Positions 10,368-21,307 of a DNA stretch of 64,000 nt are shown here, piece by piece. The position numbers were made by a program, and so were the translations under genes. Origin of the DNA: an uncultured delta proteobacterium (GTDB taxonomy: Bacteria; Desulfobacterota; Binatia; UBA9968); the NCBI GenBank assembly GCA_963847445.1, contig CAWJZV010000002.1, positions 64,001-128,000 of the forward strand, read 5' to 3'. Each line of letters begins with the position of its first letter. Positions within the stretch are counted from its first letter, which is position 1. The notes under the pieces are model-generated. The model saw only the letters and a list, made by a program, of their open reading frames with translations. It had not been told where the DNA came from and searched no databases.

Positions 10368-11504
10368 CTATTTCGCCATGAACAACTGGCGAAAATCGCC
10401 AAGGAGTTTCTGCAGCTGTTCGGAGCTCGGATCGTCGAGCAATGTCAGATTGGCCATGATCCGGTCGGCGCCCTTGATCGCCGGATAGACGCCTGGCGAA
10501 AGCACGAACTCATGAGTCTCGGCGACTTTCTTCTGCCCTTCGGGAGAACACAGATAATCGACCAGGAAGCGCGCCGCATTGGGATTGACGGCTTTGGCGC
10601 TGATCGCCGAGTCGCTTGGATCGGCGAAGGGTTGATCGATCGGCGCGAAGCCGATGGGTCCTTTGGTCTGCGGCACGTACTGGATATACGAGATGCCGAG
10701 CGCGGCTTCGCCGCGCACGATGGCATTGGGCACCGAAGAATAGGACTCAACCAAGAGTGGTCTTTGCTTGGCCAGGGCGCGCACGAAGTCGAGCCACTTG
10801 TCGCCTTTGATCTTCTGGAGGTTCCACAAAAATGTCGCCGTGCTGGCGTGGCGCGACGGGTCGGGCATGCTGATCTTGCCCTGCCACTTGGGATCGAGCA
10901 AATCATCCCAGCTCTTCGGAACGTCGTTGGCTTTTACCAAGTCAGTATTGGTGAGAATCCCCACCGGAGTGACGCGCCATGCGGTCAGTTGGCCATCCTT
11001 GTCGCGGAACTTGGCGGGAAAATTCGCCGCGCTCGCCGGGGTAAACTTCGCGTAGACCCCGTCGGCTTTGGCCAGCGACAATGGGCCGCGCGCGCCGATC
11101 ACCATGTCGAATCCTGGTCTGCCGGCGCGCCATTCGGTCAACACCCGGTCGACCACCTTGGTCGCATCACCGCGCCAGTACTCGATGTTGACGCCATACT
11201 TCGCTTCGAACCCCGCTTCGATGAGTTTCATCACCTGGGGGACGATCGTGCCGTAGACCACGACTTTGCCTTCCTTCTTGGCCGCCTCGAGGCTGACGCC
11301 CTGGGCCGAAGCTTGCGACGGCAGCGCGAAAAAGAGCAAAAGCAAAGTTGGCAAGGCACCGTGCGCAAGTGAACGCCCGCTAGTTAAAAATCTCCCCTGT
11401 CCGCTCTTTTTCAAAGAGGGGTAATCTTCGCTCCCATCCGATTTCGCCCTTTGGAAAAGGGGGAGCAAGGGGGATTTTCTTTTGACAGCAACGAAAGTTT
11501 CCAT
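10368..11504 (-). CDS. ABC transporter extracellular solute-binding protein (paralogue) with repeat-derived N-terminal insertion
   Basis: Close paralogue of the adjacent SBP; RBS GAGGTG before ATG at 11504. Confidence 0.85.
   Translation of the reverse strand: METFVAVKRKSPLLPLFQRAKSDGSEDYPSLKKSGQGRFLTSGRSLAHGALPTLLLLFFALPSQASAQGVSLEAAKKEGKVVVYGTIVPQVMKLIEAGFEAKYGVNIEYWRGDATKVVDRVLTEWRAGRPGFDMVIGARGPLSLAKADGVYAKFTPASAANFPAKFRDKDGQLTAWRVTPVGILTNTDLVKANDVPKSWDDLLDPKWQGKISMPDPSRHASTATFLWNLQKIKGDKWLDFVRALAKQRPLLVESYSSVPNAIVRGEAALGISYIQYVPQTKGPIGFAPIDQPFADPSDSAISAKAVNPNAARFLVDYLCSPEGQKKVAETHEFVLSPGVYPAIKGADRIMANLTLLDDPSSEQLQKLLGDFRQLFMAK
11387..11478. repeat. Double-hairpin palindromic repeat (CCCCTTT..AAAGGGG type) inside the SBP coding sequence
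   Basis: AAAATCTCCCCTGTCCGCTCTTTTTCAAAGAGGGG ... CCCTTTGGAAAAGGGGGAGCAAGGGGGATTTT. Confidence 0.7.
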
Positions 11505-11577
11505 GTGCACCTCTATTCAATAAATCGTTATGCGGTTTAAACGATCGCTTTCAGAAATAATATCGCGCTAATAATTC

Positions 11578-12562
11578 TTATCCAACAATCTCGCGCGCCA
11601 TGCGCACCACCCGCTTGCGCGCCTCCTGGGTGCCGGTGGGCAGCACGATCGGCAGCTCCAGTCCGCCCTTGGTGAAAGCTTCGAGCTGTTTGGCACAATC
11701 GCCTGGCGTGCCGGCCACCGAATGGGCGAAGACAACTTCGTCGCTGATGAATTTCTTTGCCGCTTCCCAGTCGCGTTTTGCCACCGCGGCGGCGAGTCCT
11801 TCCTGGTCAACCTTGCCGCCGCCCAGGCGAATATTTTCGGCGTGGTGCACGTTACGAAAAATATAGGCGAGAAAATGTTTGTTGGCATCGATGGCTTCCT
11901 TGGCGCTGTCCGACACTGCCGCCGTGACAAAGCCGGCGACATCGACATTCTCGGCGGACTTGCCGCCCTTGATAGCGCCTACGGCGATGTCATCGGCGCA
12001 TTTGCGGATGTAGCCAGGCGCGCATCCGGCCGAGAGCAAAACGCCGTCGCCGATCTCGCCGCCCAATTGCAGCATGCGTGAGCGCACCGCGGTGATATAC
12101 ATTTTAATTGGCGTCGACGGTAGGAAACCCATCTTGGCGCCGTTGATGTGAAACATCTTGCCGTGAAAGTTGACGGTGTCGCCTTGCAAATAACCGCGCA
12201 AAATCTTCGACATACTCGCGCATGGTTTGGAGCGGATGAGGCGACTCCATGCCGGCTTCCTTGAGCGCCGCCGCGTTGCCTGTGCCGGGGCTGCCGATCA
12301 CTCGGCCCGGCGCGAATTCGTCCATGGTCGCGATCGCCATCGCGGTGATCATCGGATTGCGCGAATAGGGGCTCGCCGGCGCAGCCGCCACTTTGATCTT
12401 GTTGGTGGACGCGAGCAGCGCCATCGCAGTGGTGAAGGAATCGCGAAAGCATAGATGATCCGACATCCAAATCGAATCCATGCCGATATCGTCAGCCAGT
12501 TGCGCCAACTCGATCATCTCTTGGATCGAATAAAACCCGTCAAAGCAAAGTCCGACACGCAT
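11578..12562 (-). CDS. LLM class oxidoreductase (Mer/F420-like); one frameshift near 12205
   Basis: ORFs 12104-12562 (DSIWMSDH, NPMITAMAIATMDE) and 11578-12213 (MLQLGGEIGDGVLL) join. Confidence 0.8.
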
Positions 12563-12570
12563 AAGAACTC

Positions 12571-13677
12571 CTAAAAGCCATCGGCAAGCAGTGCCGGCAG
12601 CGCTTGCGGCGCTATGCCGGCCAGCCCCATCTTATCCAGGGTCAATCCGTCGCGGCGAAAATCCACCCCGAGCGCCGTCGACGCCAGCGTGATCAGCGCG
12701 TCCATCACCGGGGTCCTGACGCCCAGCAGTTTGCCGACCTCCGCCATCGGCACCAGTCCATAGCCGACATCTTCGCGAATATAGCGATGATCGAGCGACG
12801 GCGGCGCTTTGATGGTAAAGTTAGGCTCGCTGTGGTGAATCGCCTGATATGCGGAACCAGTATCGCGCGCTTCAGCGGTTGTCAGTCCGGCTTGATGAAA
12901 AATGTCGACGAAGCGTAGCGGTTGTAAGCCAAGCCGTCGGACGATTTCCAGTCGCTCCTGATCGACGGCGTCGATCCATGCGCCGATCGCCGGCGTGATG
13001 CCCTCGCGGTAATAGAGAAACTCGCCGCTGGTCTTTTCAATCCAGCCCGCGTTGCCGAGCATGCCCGCTGGATGCATGATCGCATTGATATTGGAAAAAC
13101 CGGTCTCCATCACATTGGCAGCCGGGACGACGTTGGGAAAGACGCTGTGAATTTCTCGCACCAACGCCGCCGTGTGCTTAGCCGGGAATGCCGCACAACG
13201 CAGGTTGGTCGTGCGCCGGTAGATTTCCACCCGGCCGAACTGCGGCATGCGGCAAATGTAAGTGAGCGTCACCGTCTCGCAAAGCTTCACGTCGGCCGTA
13301 CAACCAGCTTGGCGCAACAAGTTGGCAAAGTGCAGCGCGCCACCGGTGTGGCCGGGATTCAAAAGAACCTTCTGACCGTCGGTTAAGTAGCTGGCGATTC
13401 CCTTGGCTAAATACTCGTGGCCGACCGCCGGCGTCGTGACAACGATCAGATCCACGCCCTGCACCACCGGCGGCAAATGCGGGCTCAAGAAAAACGGCGC
13501 GGCCTTCTTGCTCACGCCGCCTTCGATTAATTCGATTTCGCCGAGCTTGCCGAGTTTGACCGTGGTGCTTTCCGAACGCGAGAATAGTCGGACCTGAAAA
13601 CCGCGCAACGTTAGATCGGCGGCCGCCGCACAGCCGCCGTTGCCGGCGCCGAGTATTGCGATCTTATGAATGGCCAT
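12571..13677 (-). CDS. NAD/NADP octopine/nopaline (opine) dehydrogenase family protein
   Basis: GAGNGG Rossmann motif, LNPGHTGGA, NINAIMHP and HRYIREDVGYGLVP. Confidence 0.9.
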   Translation of the reverse strand: MAIHKIAILGAGNGGCAAAADLTLRGFQVRLFSRSESTTVKLGKLGEIELIEGGVSKKAAPFFLSPHLPPVVQGVDLIVVTTPAVGHEYLAKGIASYLTDGQKVLLNPGHTGGALHFANLLRQAGCTADVKLCETVTLTYICRMPQFGRVEIYRRTTNLRCAAFPAKHTAALVREIHSVFPNVVPAANVMETGFSNINAIMHPAGMLGNAGWIEKTSGEFLYYREGITPAIGAWIDAVDQERLEIVRRLGLQPLRFVDIFHQAGLTTAEARDTGSAYQAIHHSEPNFTIKAPPSLDHRYIREDVGYGLVPMAEVGKLLGVRTPVMDALITLASTALGVDFRRDGLTLDKMGLAGIAPQALPALLADGF

Positions 13678-13691
13678 TGAAATGTGGTCGT

Positions 13692-13719
13692 GTAGGGGCG
13701 ATTCATGAATCGCCCCTAC
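13692..13719. repeat. GTAG-type REP (RAYT-associated)
   Basis: Perfect palindrome GTAGGGGCGATTCATGAATCGCCCCTAC. Confidence 0.9.
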
Positions 13720-13724
13720 GGTCT

Positions 13725-14881
13725 CTATGAAATCCGGTAATGTTTTATCTTATCTTCGTCCAGCTCGATGCCGAGCCCAGGCTTGGATGAGACGATGACA
13801 TCGCCGTCGGCGTAGTCGAACGCTTCGGTGATGACATCGTCTTGATAGTAAATGCCGGCGATGCCGCCCTTGCCTTTTCCCTTCGGCGTCGACACCGGCA
13901 CGACGCAACCGTAGGTCACCACGCCGGTGGATGCCGCGAGATGAATGTTGGCGGCATTGCCGACTCCGGTTTCCACCGAACCGTTGACGTTGCATTTCAA
14001 ACCCGCCGCCTCGGCGACCGCGGCGACTTTCTTGCCTTTGAACATGCCGCCCGGTTTGGTCGTGTAGATCGAGATCACATCGGCGGCTTTCTTGTGAATG
14101 ATCTCGATGACATCCTGCGCCGTCCAGGCGCTTTCATCGGCCATGATCGGCGTATCGACGCGGCGCGCCACTTCGGCCATTTGATCGATGCCTTCCACCG
14201 GCTGTTCCATGTAGAGGAGGTTATATATTTCCATCTCCCTAATGATCTTCACCGCTGCCTTGGCCGTCGGATAACCTTGGTTGGCGTCGACGCAGATATT
14301 CAAGTCGGGACCGATGGCCTTGACGAATCTGCTTGACCAGCTCGACATCGCGCTTGTGCTCGACGCCGCCCTTGAGCTTGATGGTTTTCACGCCTTCAGC
14401 CTTCGCTTGCAGCGCTTCGTCCACCGCCTTTTCGATCTCCATCAAACCCAGGCTGTGAGCAATCGGAATCCGCTCACGATACAAACCGCCGAGCAATTGG
14501 TACGCCGGGACATTGAGGGCCTTGCCGACGACATCATAGAGTGCCGCGTCGATGGCGGCTTTGCAGTAAGGATAACCCTTCACCGCCTTATCCATCAGCG
14601 CGTGAATCATTTCGAAACGGCTGGGATCTTGGCCGGCCAACGCCGGCGCGAGAATATCGCCGATGATATGCGCCGTCGTCTGCGGCGTCTCGCCGAAATA
14701 CTTGCCATGATCGCCGCCCCAATCTTTCAACACCGGCGCTTCGCCGAGGCCGATCAAGCCCTTCGTCGGTGTGAAGCTTGATGATGACGTAAACACCGAT
14801 CGGCGTGGTGAGACTCGCCCACTGGTGCACGCGCCGGGTCGGTAACTGGATTGGAATGGTTTCGATCTTGGTGATTTTCAT
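13725..14881 (-). CDS. Enolase superfamily, mandelate racemase/muconate lactonizing enzyme family; frameshifts near 14765 and 14330
   Basis: MKITKIETIP, GLGEA, AAIDAALYD, KLK, VDANQG, EQP and ADES motifs spread over three ORFs. Confidence 0.8.
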
Positions 14882-14895
14882 TTGTCTCCGAAACA

Positions 14896-14928
14896 CCCTC
14901 GCCCACCGGGAGAGGGCAAGGGTGAGGG
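14896..14928. repeat. CCCTC..GGGAGAGGG-type REP
   Basis: CCCTCGCCCACCGGGAGAGGGCAAGGGTGAGGG. Confidence 0.65.
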
Positions 14929-14935
14929 CTCTGAA

Positions 14936-16049
14936 TTATCCCACTCTCAACAGCGTATCCGTCGGCGTCACATCGGAAAGCAGCTCACAGCCCTTGTCCG
15001 TCACGCAAAACATGTCTTTGTTCTGCATGCCGAAGCGGCCAGGAATATAAACCAAAGGTTCGAACGCGCCGACCATGCCGGCTTCGACGATCTCATTGCC
15101 GTAGCGCCCCATGTACGGCTCTTCATGAAGGTGTAGGCCGATGCCATGGGCGACGAAACTGATCGGCGCGAAGCCCAGCTGGCTGAACTTCTCAAGAAAC
15201 TTTCGGTAGATTTCCGCGCAGCTCGCCCCGGGTTTAATTAAATCCATGACCAGATATTTGCACTCGATCAAATTAGACCAAATCTTGTACTGCTCCGGCG
15301 TCGCCTCGCCAACCACCGCGGTGCGGCAAACGCCGGTGAGGTAGCCGCTCTTCTGGCCGAAAATTTCCATGCGAATGATGTCGCCAGGTTTAAGCTTACG
15401 CTCGCTCGGTCCGACGTTGGGGAACTCGCTGCGCTCGCCGGAAGCGATGATCATTAACTTATAACTCTCAGCACCGCCGGCGAACAGCGTCGTCAGCAAC
15501 GTGCCCGCCAGCTCCATCTCGCTCATGCCGATCTTAGCGGAGCGCAAAGCCGTGCCAATCGCGTTATCCGTGAGCTTGCTCAGCGAGCGCAGCAACGCGA
15601 GTTCACCGGGCGTCTTGATTTGCCGCGCCTTGTTGAAGACTCCATCCGCCGCCAGCCATTGCACCCGGGGCAAACTCTTTTGCAGCGTGGCGAAATCCTT
15701 TGCCGGCAAAAACTCCAACTCGATGGCGACCTTGCTATGATCGAGCTTTAAATCTTTCAATGCCTCCGCCAGCTTATCCATCGGATCGTCGCTGAACTCG
15801 CGATAGATGCGCAAATCATCGATGCCGGCGTGAGCCTTTACCGTAGTCGCCTCCATGTCGATGGCGATCATAGAAATCCTACCGTCCGCCGTGACAATAC
15901 AAGCCGCATGCCGCCAGCGCATCAGCGACTGCGACGGCACGACCAAACCGGAAACATAGGTGACGTTTTCCGGCGACATGGCAACGATGGCATCGACCCC
16001 CTCGGCGATGACGCCGTTTTTTTAGCCGTGAGATTATTTCTTGATCCAT
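14936..16049 (-). CDS. M24 family Xaa-Pro peptidase/creatinase-like protein; frameshift near the 5' end
   Basis: SPENVTYVSG, ARQIKTPGE, HGIGLHLHEEP and AFEP motifs. Confidence 0.85.
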
Positions 16050-16118
16050 AAAGTTATCGGCGAGAATATCGACTGGTTACCGGAGGGTCAAGTCAAAGCG
16101 CGCGGGATTCGCTCAAGA

Positions 16119-17121
16119 TTATCGCTTGGTGGCATCGACAGCCGTGCCGCCATCGGCGCTTCTGGTTAAATTGAATTCCACCGGCGGGCTACCCTTGTCG
16201 TCGAAGACTCGCAGTTGGATTTCGTCTCCCAGGAGCTTGCCCTCGTAGCGGTTCAAACGGGTGCGCGAGTCGCCGCCGCTGACTTCTTCATACCTGACTC
16301 TGAATAGAATCGTCTCGCCGGTGATCTGCCCCTCTTCGATGGCCCGCTTCGAAGCGAGAAACGTCGCGATGCCAAATAACTTCGCTCCCTCGGCCGTGAA
16401 CAGGAATCTTTCGCTGTACTTATCACCCCATGGGTAGGTCACGTCCCCTCTCCAGGTACCGGACACTGCCGCGGCGATCTTGGCGGCGGCAGTTTGTTGC
16501 GCATTACTCGACGGCGGCACGGCATCTTTGCGCCACTGCCACCAGGCGGCGAAGCTGACGAGCAAAAGGATCAATGGAATCTTCCAGACCAGCCGCCGCC
16601 GCAATCGTTGGCGCAAGTCGGCTTTCCATTGATCGGCTGGTTGGCGAGTTGGTTTGCGCCAGTCCCGGCAGCGCTTCGAGCGCCTTGATCAGCTTAGCGA
16701 CATCGCCTGGGAAATCGTCATCGCCGATCGTCATCGCGTTGCGCTGCGCCAAGGGTTTTAAATCACCGCGCAGCTCGGCGGCTTTGGGCATGCTCGCGCC
16801 TTCGACCAGCACAGGAATGACGAGGATGCGGCGCTGTAAAGCGAGTGCGATCTCGCGGCTGACCAGATCGTCGGGGTCGCCGAGGCGCAACTGGCCCTCG
16901 CTGTTGCGGGTGGTGAGCCACTGTTTGCCGATCACCGCTAGCAGCGCGTCGCAAGCGCCAATCTTGGCGCCGATATGGGCGGCGAAGTCTGCCCCCGGCG
17001 GAATGTCATCGACATCCATGAAAACTCGGTCCGCGCCAAAATGCTGGCTCAGCCGGTCGCACAACCGGCCGGCATAGGGCGCACTGTCTTCACGCCGATA
17101 ACTGATGAAGATGCCGGACAT
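16119..17121 (-). CDS. TIR domain (TIR_2) protein with a TM helix and C-terminal beta-rich domain; frameshift near 16615
   Basis: IFISYRREDS, VFMDVDDIPPG, VSREI and VIPVLV, then hydrophobic IPLILLLVSFAAWW in the downstream frame. Confidence 0.8.
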
Positions 17122-17136
17122 TGGTGCGTGACTGCG

Positions 17137-18865
17137 TCATCCGCGCAGCGCGAGGCGCAGCTTTCCTGTGGCCGCTAGATCGACCGATGTCGTCGCTGGG
17201 TCGATCGCCACGCCGTAGTCATCGCGAGCGCCTTGTAGCGACACATAGCCGTCCAGGACGTCACCCAGCACCGCCTCTGGATCGCGCTCGAGCGGATCGC
17301 CATAACCGCCGCCAGCATTCATATTGACCTGAACGGTGTCGCCGGGCGCGAGCACCGCTTCGCGCACGGTTTCTGACAGCTCGTCGCCATTGAGCGCATA
17401 GAACCCAGTGCGCGCCGACTTGCCGCCGAGCACGCCCCAGGGCGGACATTTGCTGCGCATGTCGCCTTTGCCGCGCACTCGCACCGCGGCGTCGTCGAGC
17501 AACTGATATTCGCGGATGCAACCGAGTCCGCCGCGAAACTTGCCCGGTCCGCCGGAATCGGCGCGCACGTCGAATCGGGTCACGCGCATGGGAAATTCGG
17601 TTTCATGAATTTCAATCGGGCCGGGACGGAATTGGCCGACGCCGAGGGTGCCGTGAATCAACGATATGCCGTCTTGCACGCTGCTTGCGCCTAATGCGGT
17701 ATCGAGCAGTTCCATGAACACCCAGGGCTTGCCGCTCTTACCGCCGGAGCTGGCGATGCGCACGCCGCCGCCGCCGCCGGATGAACCGACCGCTCTTTCG
17801 GGAATGAATTTTCCCAGCGCGTGAAGCACGACATCGGCAGTGAGATAGGCCAAGGGCACATAATAGGAAACCGGCGCGCCGTGGCGCGGACAGACCACCG
17901 TGCCCTCTTTGAATCTGGTTTGGACCACGTCGACGAAACCGTGATTGAACGGCAAGCTCGCGTCGGTCATCGCCATCAAGCCGAAGTAGCAGGTGTTCTT
18001 GATCAACGCTGAAGTGACGTTGACCGGCCCGCGCGCCTGCTCGTCCGAAGCGCTGAAGTCGAAAAGAATCTCCCGGCCTTTCTTCGTCACTAGCGACATG
18101 GACGCGGCGCTGGCGCTCGTAGCCGATGCCGTCGTGGTCGAGAAAACCTTCGGCTTCTCGAGTGCCGTCAGGTATGGCGTCGAGGGCATCGCGCAATTGC
18201 CCGGCGACCCGCGCCATCAACTCGCCACAGCCATCGCGAACCGTTTCAATGCCGAACCGTTCACAGAGTTCCTGAACCCGTTGGGCGCCGACACGGCAAG
18301 CCGCAACTTGGCCGCGTAAGTCACCGAGGGTTTCCACCGGTATCCGGCTATTGGCGGCGATAAATCTTTCAATCTCGGGATTGACCTTGCCGCGCGAATA
18401 GAGCTTGGTCGGTGGAATCACCAACCCTTCTTCCCAGATATCCTGCGCCACATGCGCCGCGCGCGGCCCGCCTAAATCGGCTTTATGCGCCAGCGTCGCG
18501 GTGAAGGCGACCAGCTGCCCCTGGGCGAACACCGGCATCAGCACCACCGTGTCGTTGGGGTGAGTCACATTGCCGGCGTAAGGGTGGTTAAAAACGACGA
18601 CGTCGCCGTCGGCGAAGTCATCCATCTGGTAATATTCGCCGAGATGATCGGCCACCGCGGCAAACGAGCCGAAATGGAGCGGCAGCTTTTTCGATACCGA
18701 TACCGTGCGCAACCGGGCGTCCAACAGACCGGCGCTGCCGTCTTCGGATTCTCGCAGGACGGTCGAGTAACCGCTGTGAAACAGCACGATGCGCATCTCT
18801 TCGATGACGCTCGTCACTTTCGAATGGATTAATTCCAAAGTAATCGGATCGAGTTTAGCCGTCAT
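17137..18865 (-). CDS. Hydantoinase B/oxoprolinase family protein; frameshift near 18090
   Basis: LDPITLE, SGYSTVLRE, NHPY, EEGLVIPP, DSGGPGKFRGGLG and GGGYGDPLERDP. Confidence 0.85.
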
Positions 18866-18937
18866 AAGTTCTCCGTGTGCCAGTGCTGAATGGAGTAGCC
18901 CATTACGCATCCCTGATACTGACCAGCCTGCCCAATC

Positions 18938-19006
18938 CGTCATTCCGGCGGAGGCCGGAATCCATCTTCCGAGTTCGGATGGATACCGGCTTTCGCCGGT
19001 ATGACG
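18938..19006. repeat. GTCATTCCGGC-type REP doublet
   Basis: CGTCATTCCGGCGGAGGCCGGAATCCA ... TGGATACCGGCTTTCGCCGGTATGACG. Confidence 0.85.
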
Positions 19007-19048
19007 AACCGCCGTCATGTAATGGTTCGCTATCAGTTGGAATCACGG

Positions 19049-21097
19049 TCATGCCAATTCGATGATGATGTTGCCGAAGCGGTCGATGTGCGCCGCTTGC
19101 CCCGGATGAACCACGGTGGTCGAATCCATCTGTTCGATGATCGCCGGCCCGCGCAGGCGATTTCCCGAACGCAACTTTGCGCGATCGTACACCGGCGTGT
19201 CGTGCCAGCCGTCGAAGTAGGCCCGGCGCCGCGCTTTGATCGCCGCGTCGCAAGCCGCGCCTTGCGCCGGCAATTCGGCGACCTTAGGTTTCGGCACGAT
19301 CACCTTGGTCGTGAGCCGGTAATTGACCAATTCAACTTTTTGATCCTCGGCGCGCGAACCGAAATGTTTTTCATGAATTTCATCGAAAGCTCGGCGCCAG
19401 GCGGAAATCGCGTCCGGTTTCAGGCCGGCACGCGCCACCGGCACCGGCAATTCGTATTTTTGAATGCTGTAGCGCAGATCGATGGCGCGCTCATGGACGA
19501 TCTGCTCGGGCGGTATTCCCTGAGACTCGAACTCCTGCTGCGCCAGCGCTTCCATGGCGTCGAAGCGCTGCTGCAGCTCGCCGACGTCGACGGATTCCAG
19601 GTCGGCAAAATGGGTTTGGACGTAATCGCGCTTCAAGTCGGACACCAGCAATCCCATCGCCGCATGCACCCCCGGAGCGGCTGGGACGATCACCCTGGGA
19701 ATTTTCAATTCTTGCGCGAGCAGCGCGGCATGCACCGGTCCGGCGCCGCCAAAGGCGACCAAGACATACTCGCGCGGATCTTCGCCGCGCGACACGGTGA
19801 CCAACCGCAACGCCTCGACCATGCCGGAGCTGACGATCTTGATGATGCCGCTCGCCGCTTCGATGGTTGCCAGTTTTAGCGGCGCAGCGATGTGGTCGGC
19901 AATCGCGCGCTCCGCCGCCTTGGGATTGAGATGAAACTTGCCGCCGACAAAGAATTCCGGATTGAGCCAACCGAGCGTCACGTCGGCGTCGGTCACCGTC
20001 GGCAGCGCGCCGCCGTTGGGATAACAGGCCGGTCCGGGATCGGCCCCCGCGCTGCGCGGCCCGACTTTGAGCAGCCCGCTCTTGTCGATCCAAGCGATGC
20101 TGCCGCCACCGGCGCCGATCTCGACCAGATCGAGCGACGGCGTCGAGATCAGCCACTCGCCCGCTTGAAAACGCGGCACGATGCGCGGCTCGCCGTCTTG
20201 GACGATGCCCGCCTTCGCCGTCGTCCCGCCCATGTCGAAGGAAATGATTTTGAGCTGCTTGGTCATGCGCCCGATATGCGCCGCGCCGAGCACGCCGGCC
20301 GCCGGCCCGGACTCGATCATGCGCACGGGAATGCTTTTGAGCGCGCCGCCGGTCAAGCTGCCGCCATTGGACTGCATGATGTAAAGCGGCTTGGTGATGC
20401 GCCGCGATCTGAGCGCTTCTTCGAGCCGGTGAATGTAGCGGTTCACCACCGGCGCGACGTAGGCGTTGACCACCGTCGTGGTCAATCGCGGGTACTCGCG
20501 AATCTGCGGCAAGGTCTCGCAGGATAAATAGACCTGGACGTCGGGCACCACCTCGGCGACCAGCTCGCGCAGCCGCTGCTCATGGGCGGCATTCATGAAC
20601 GAGAACAACAAACAGACCGCCACCGATTCGACGCCCGTGCCTTTGAGCCGGGCCAAGCGCCGGCGGGTTTCGGTTTCGTCGAGCGCTTTGAGCACATTGC
20701 CGCGAAAGTCGACCCGCTCGGGAATTTGCATCGTCTCACGCTGGCGCACCAGCATCGGCGGCTTGGGATAGGAAAGATAATCGTAGGTCGCGCTGCGCGT
20801 CTCGCCGAGCTCCGGCGTTTCATAAACGCCGGTAAAGCCTTCGGTGATCAGCAGCCAGGTCTTGGCGCCCTTGCGCTCCAACAGCGCATTGGTCGCCACC
20901 GTCGTCGCGTGAAAGAGAAAGCTAACATCCTCCGGCAATCGCCCATCGCCAAAGAACTCGTCGAGCGCCTGCATCACCCCCTCGGTCAAATCCGCCGGCG
21001 TGCTCAGCACTTTGGAATTGACAACCTCGCCGCTCTGCTCATCGAGCACGGAAAAATCCGTAAACGTCCCGCCAATATCGATACCGACTCTGTACAT
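19049..21097 (-). CDS. Hydantoinase A/oxoprolinase family protein
   Basis: GIDIGGTFTD, HATTVATNA, SGPAAG, DMGGTT, GAGGGS and SAGADPGPACY. Confidence 0.95.
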   Translation of the reverse strand: MYRVGIDIGGTFTDFSVLDEQSGEVVNSKVLSTPADLTEGVMQALDEFFGDGRLPEDVSFLFHATTVATNALLERKGAKTWLLITEGFTGVYETPELGETRSATYDYLSYPKPPMLVRQRETMQIPERVDFRGNVLKALDETETRRRLARLKGTGVESVAVCLLFSFMNAAHEQRLRELVAEVVPDVQVYLSCETLPQIREYPRLTTTVVNAYVAPVVNRYIHRLEEALRSRRITKPLYIMQSNGGSLTGGALKSIPVRMIESGPAAGVLGAAHIGRMTKQLKIISFDMGGTTAKAGIVQDGEPRIVPRFQAGEWLISTPSLDLVEIGAGGGSIAWIDKSGLLKVGPRSAGADPGPACYPNGGALPTVTDADVTLGWLNPEFFVGGKFHLNPKAAERAIADHIAAPLKLATIEAASGIIKIVSSGMVEALRLVTVSRGEDPREYVLVAFGGAGPVHAALLAQELKIPRVIVPAAPGVHAAMGLLVSDLKRDYVQTHFADLESVDVGELQQRFDAMEALAQQEFESQGIPPEQIVHERAIDLRYSIQKYELPVPVARAGLKPDAISAWRRAFDEIHEKHFGSRAEDQKVELVNYRLTTKVIVPKPKVAELPAQGAACDAAIKARRRAYFDGWHDTPVYDRAKLRSGNRLRGPAIIEQMDSTTVVHPGQAAHIDRFGNIIIELA

Positions 21098-21174
21098 ATT
21101 CTTTCAATGACCTCTAGGTGGTTAATAGCACGACTTCTGTAAAAATGAACCGACCTGCGTTTTGCGATCGGCTC

Positions 21175-21303
21175 GTTCAAATAGTTCAAAACGTTCAAGC
21201 CGTTCAAATCGTTTCCGGAACCGTTCAAGAACTTGAAAAGAGTAACAGCAGTTCAAACCTCCGAGACGGCTTGAACGATTTTAACGTTTTGAACGGCTTG
21301 AAC
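21175..21303. repeat. GTTCAA nonamer tandem/inverted repeat
   Basis: Same family as 6088-6190. Confidence 0.8.
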
Positions 21304-21307
21304 GAGT

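Noticed and set aside
12571-13677. Staphylopine/pseudopaline-type metallophore biosynthesis (CntM)
   Set aside because: No CntL nicotianamine-synthase-like gene or exporter nearby; the neighbours are catabolic.
21175-21303. Periodic GTTCAA repeats (also at 6088-6190) as a CRISPR array
   Set aside because: Units are 9 bp, arranged as an inverted pair, with no unique spacers and no cas genes.
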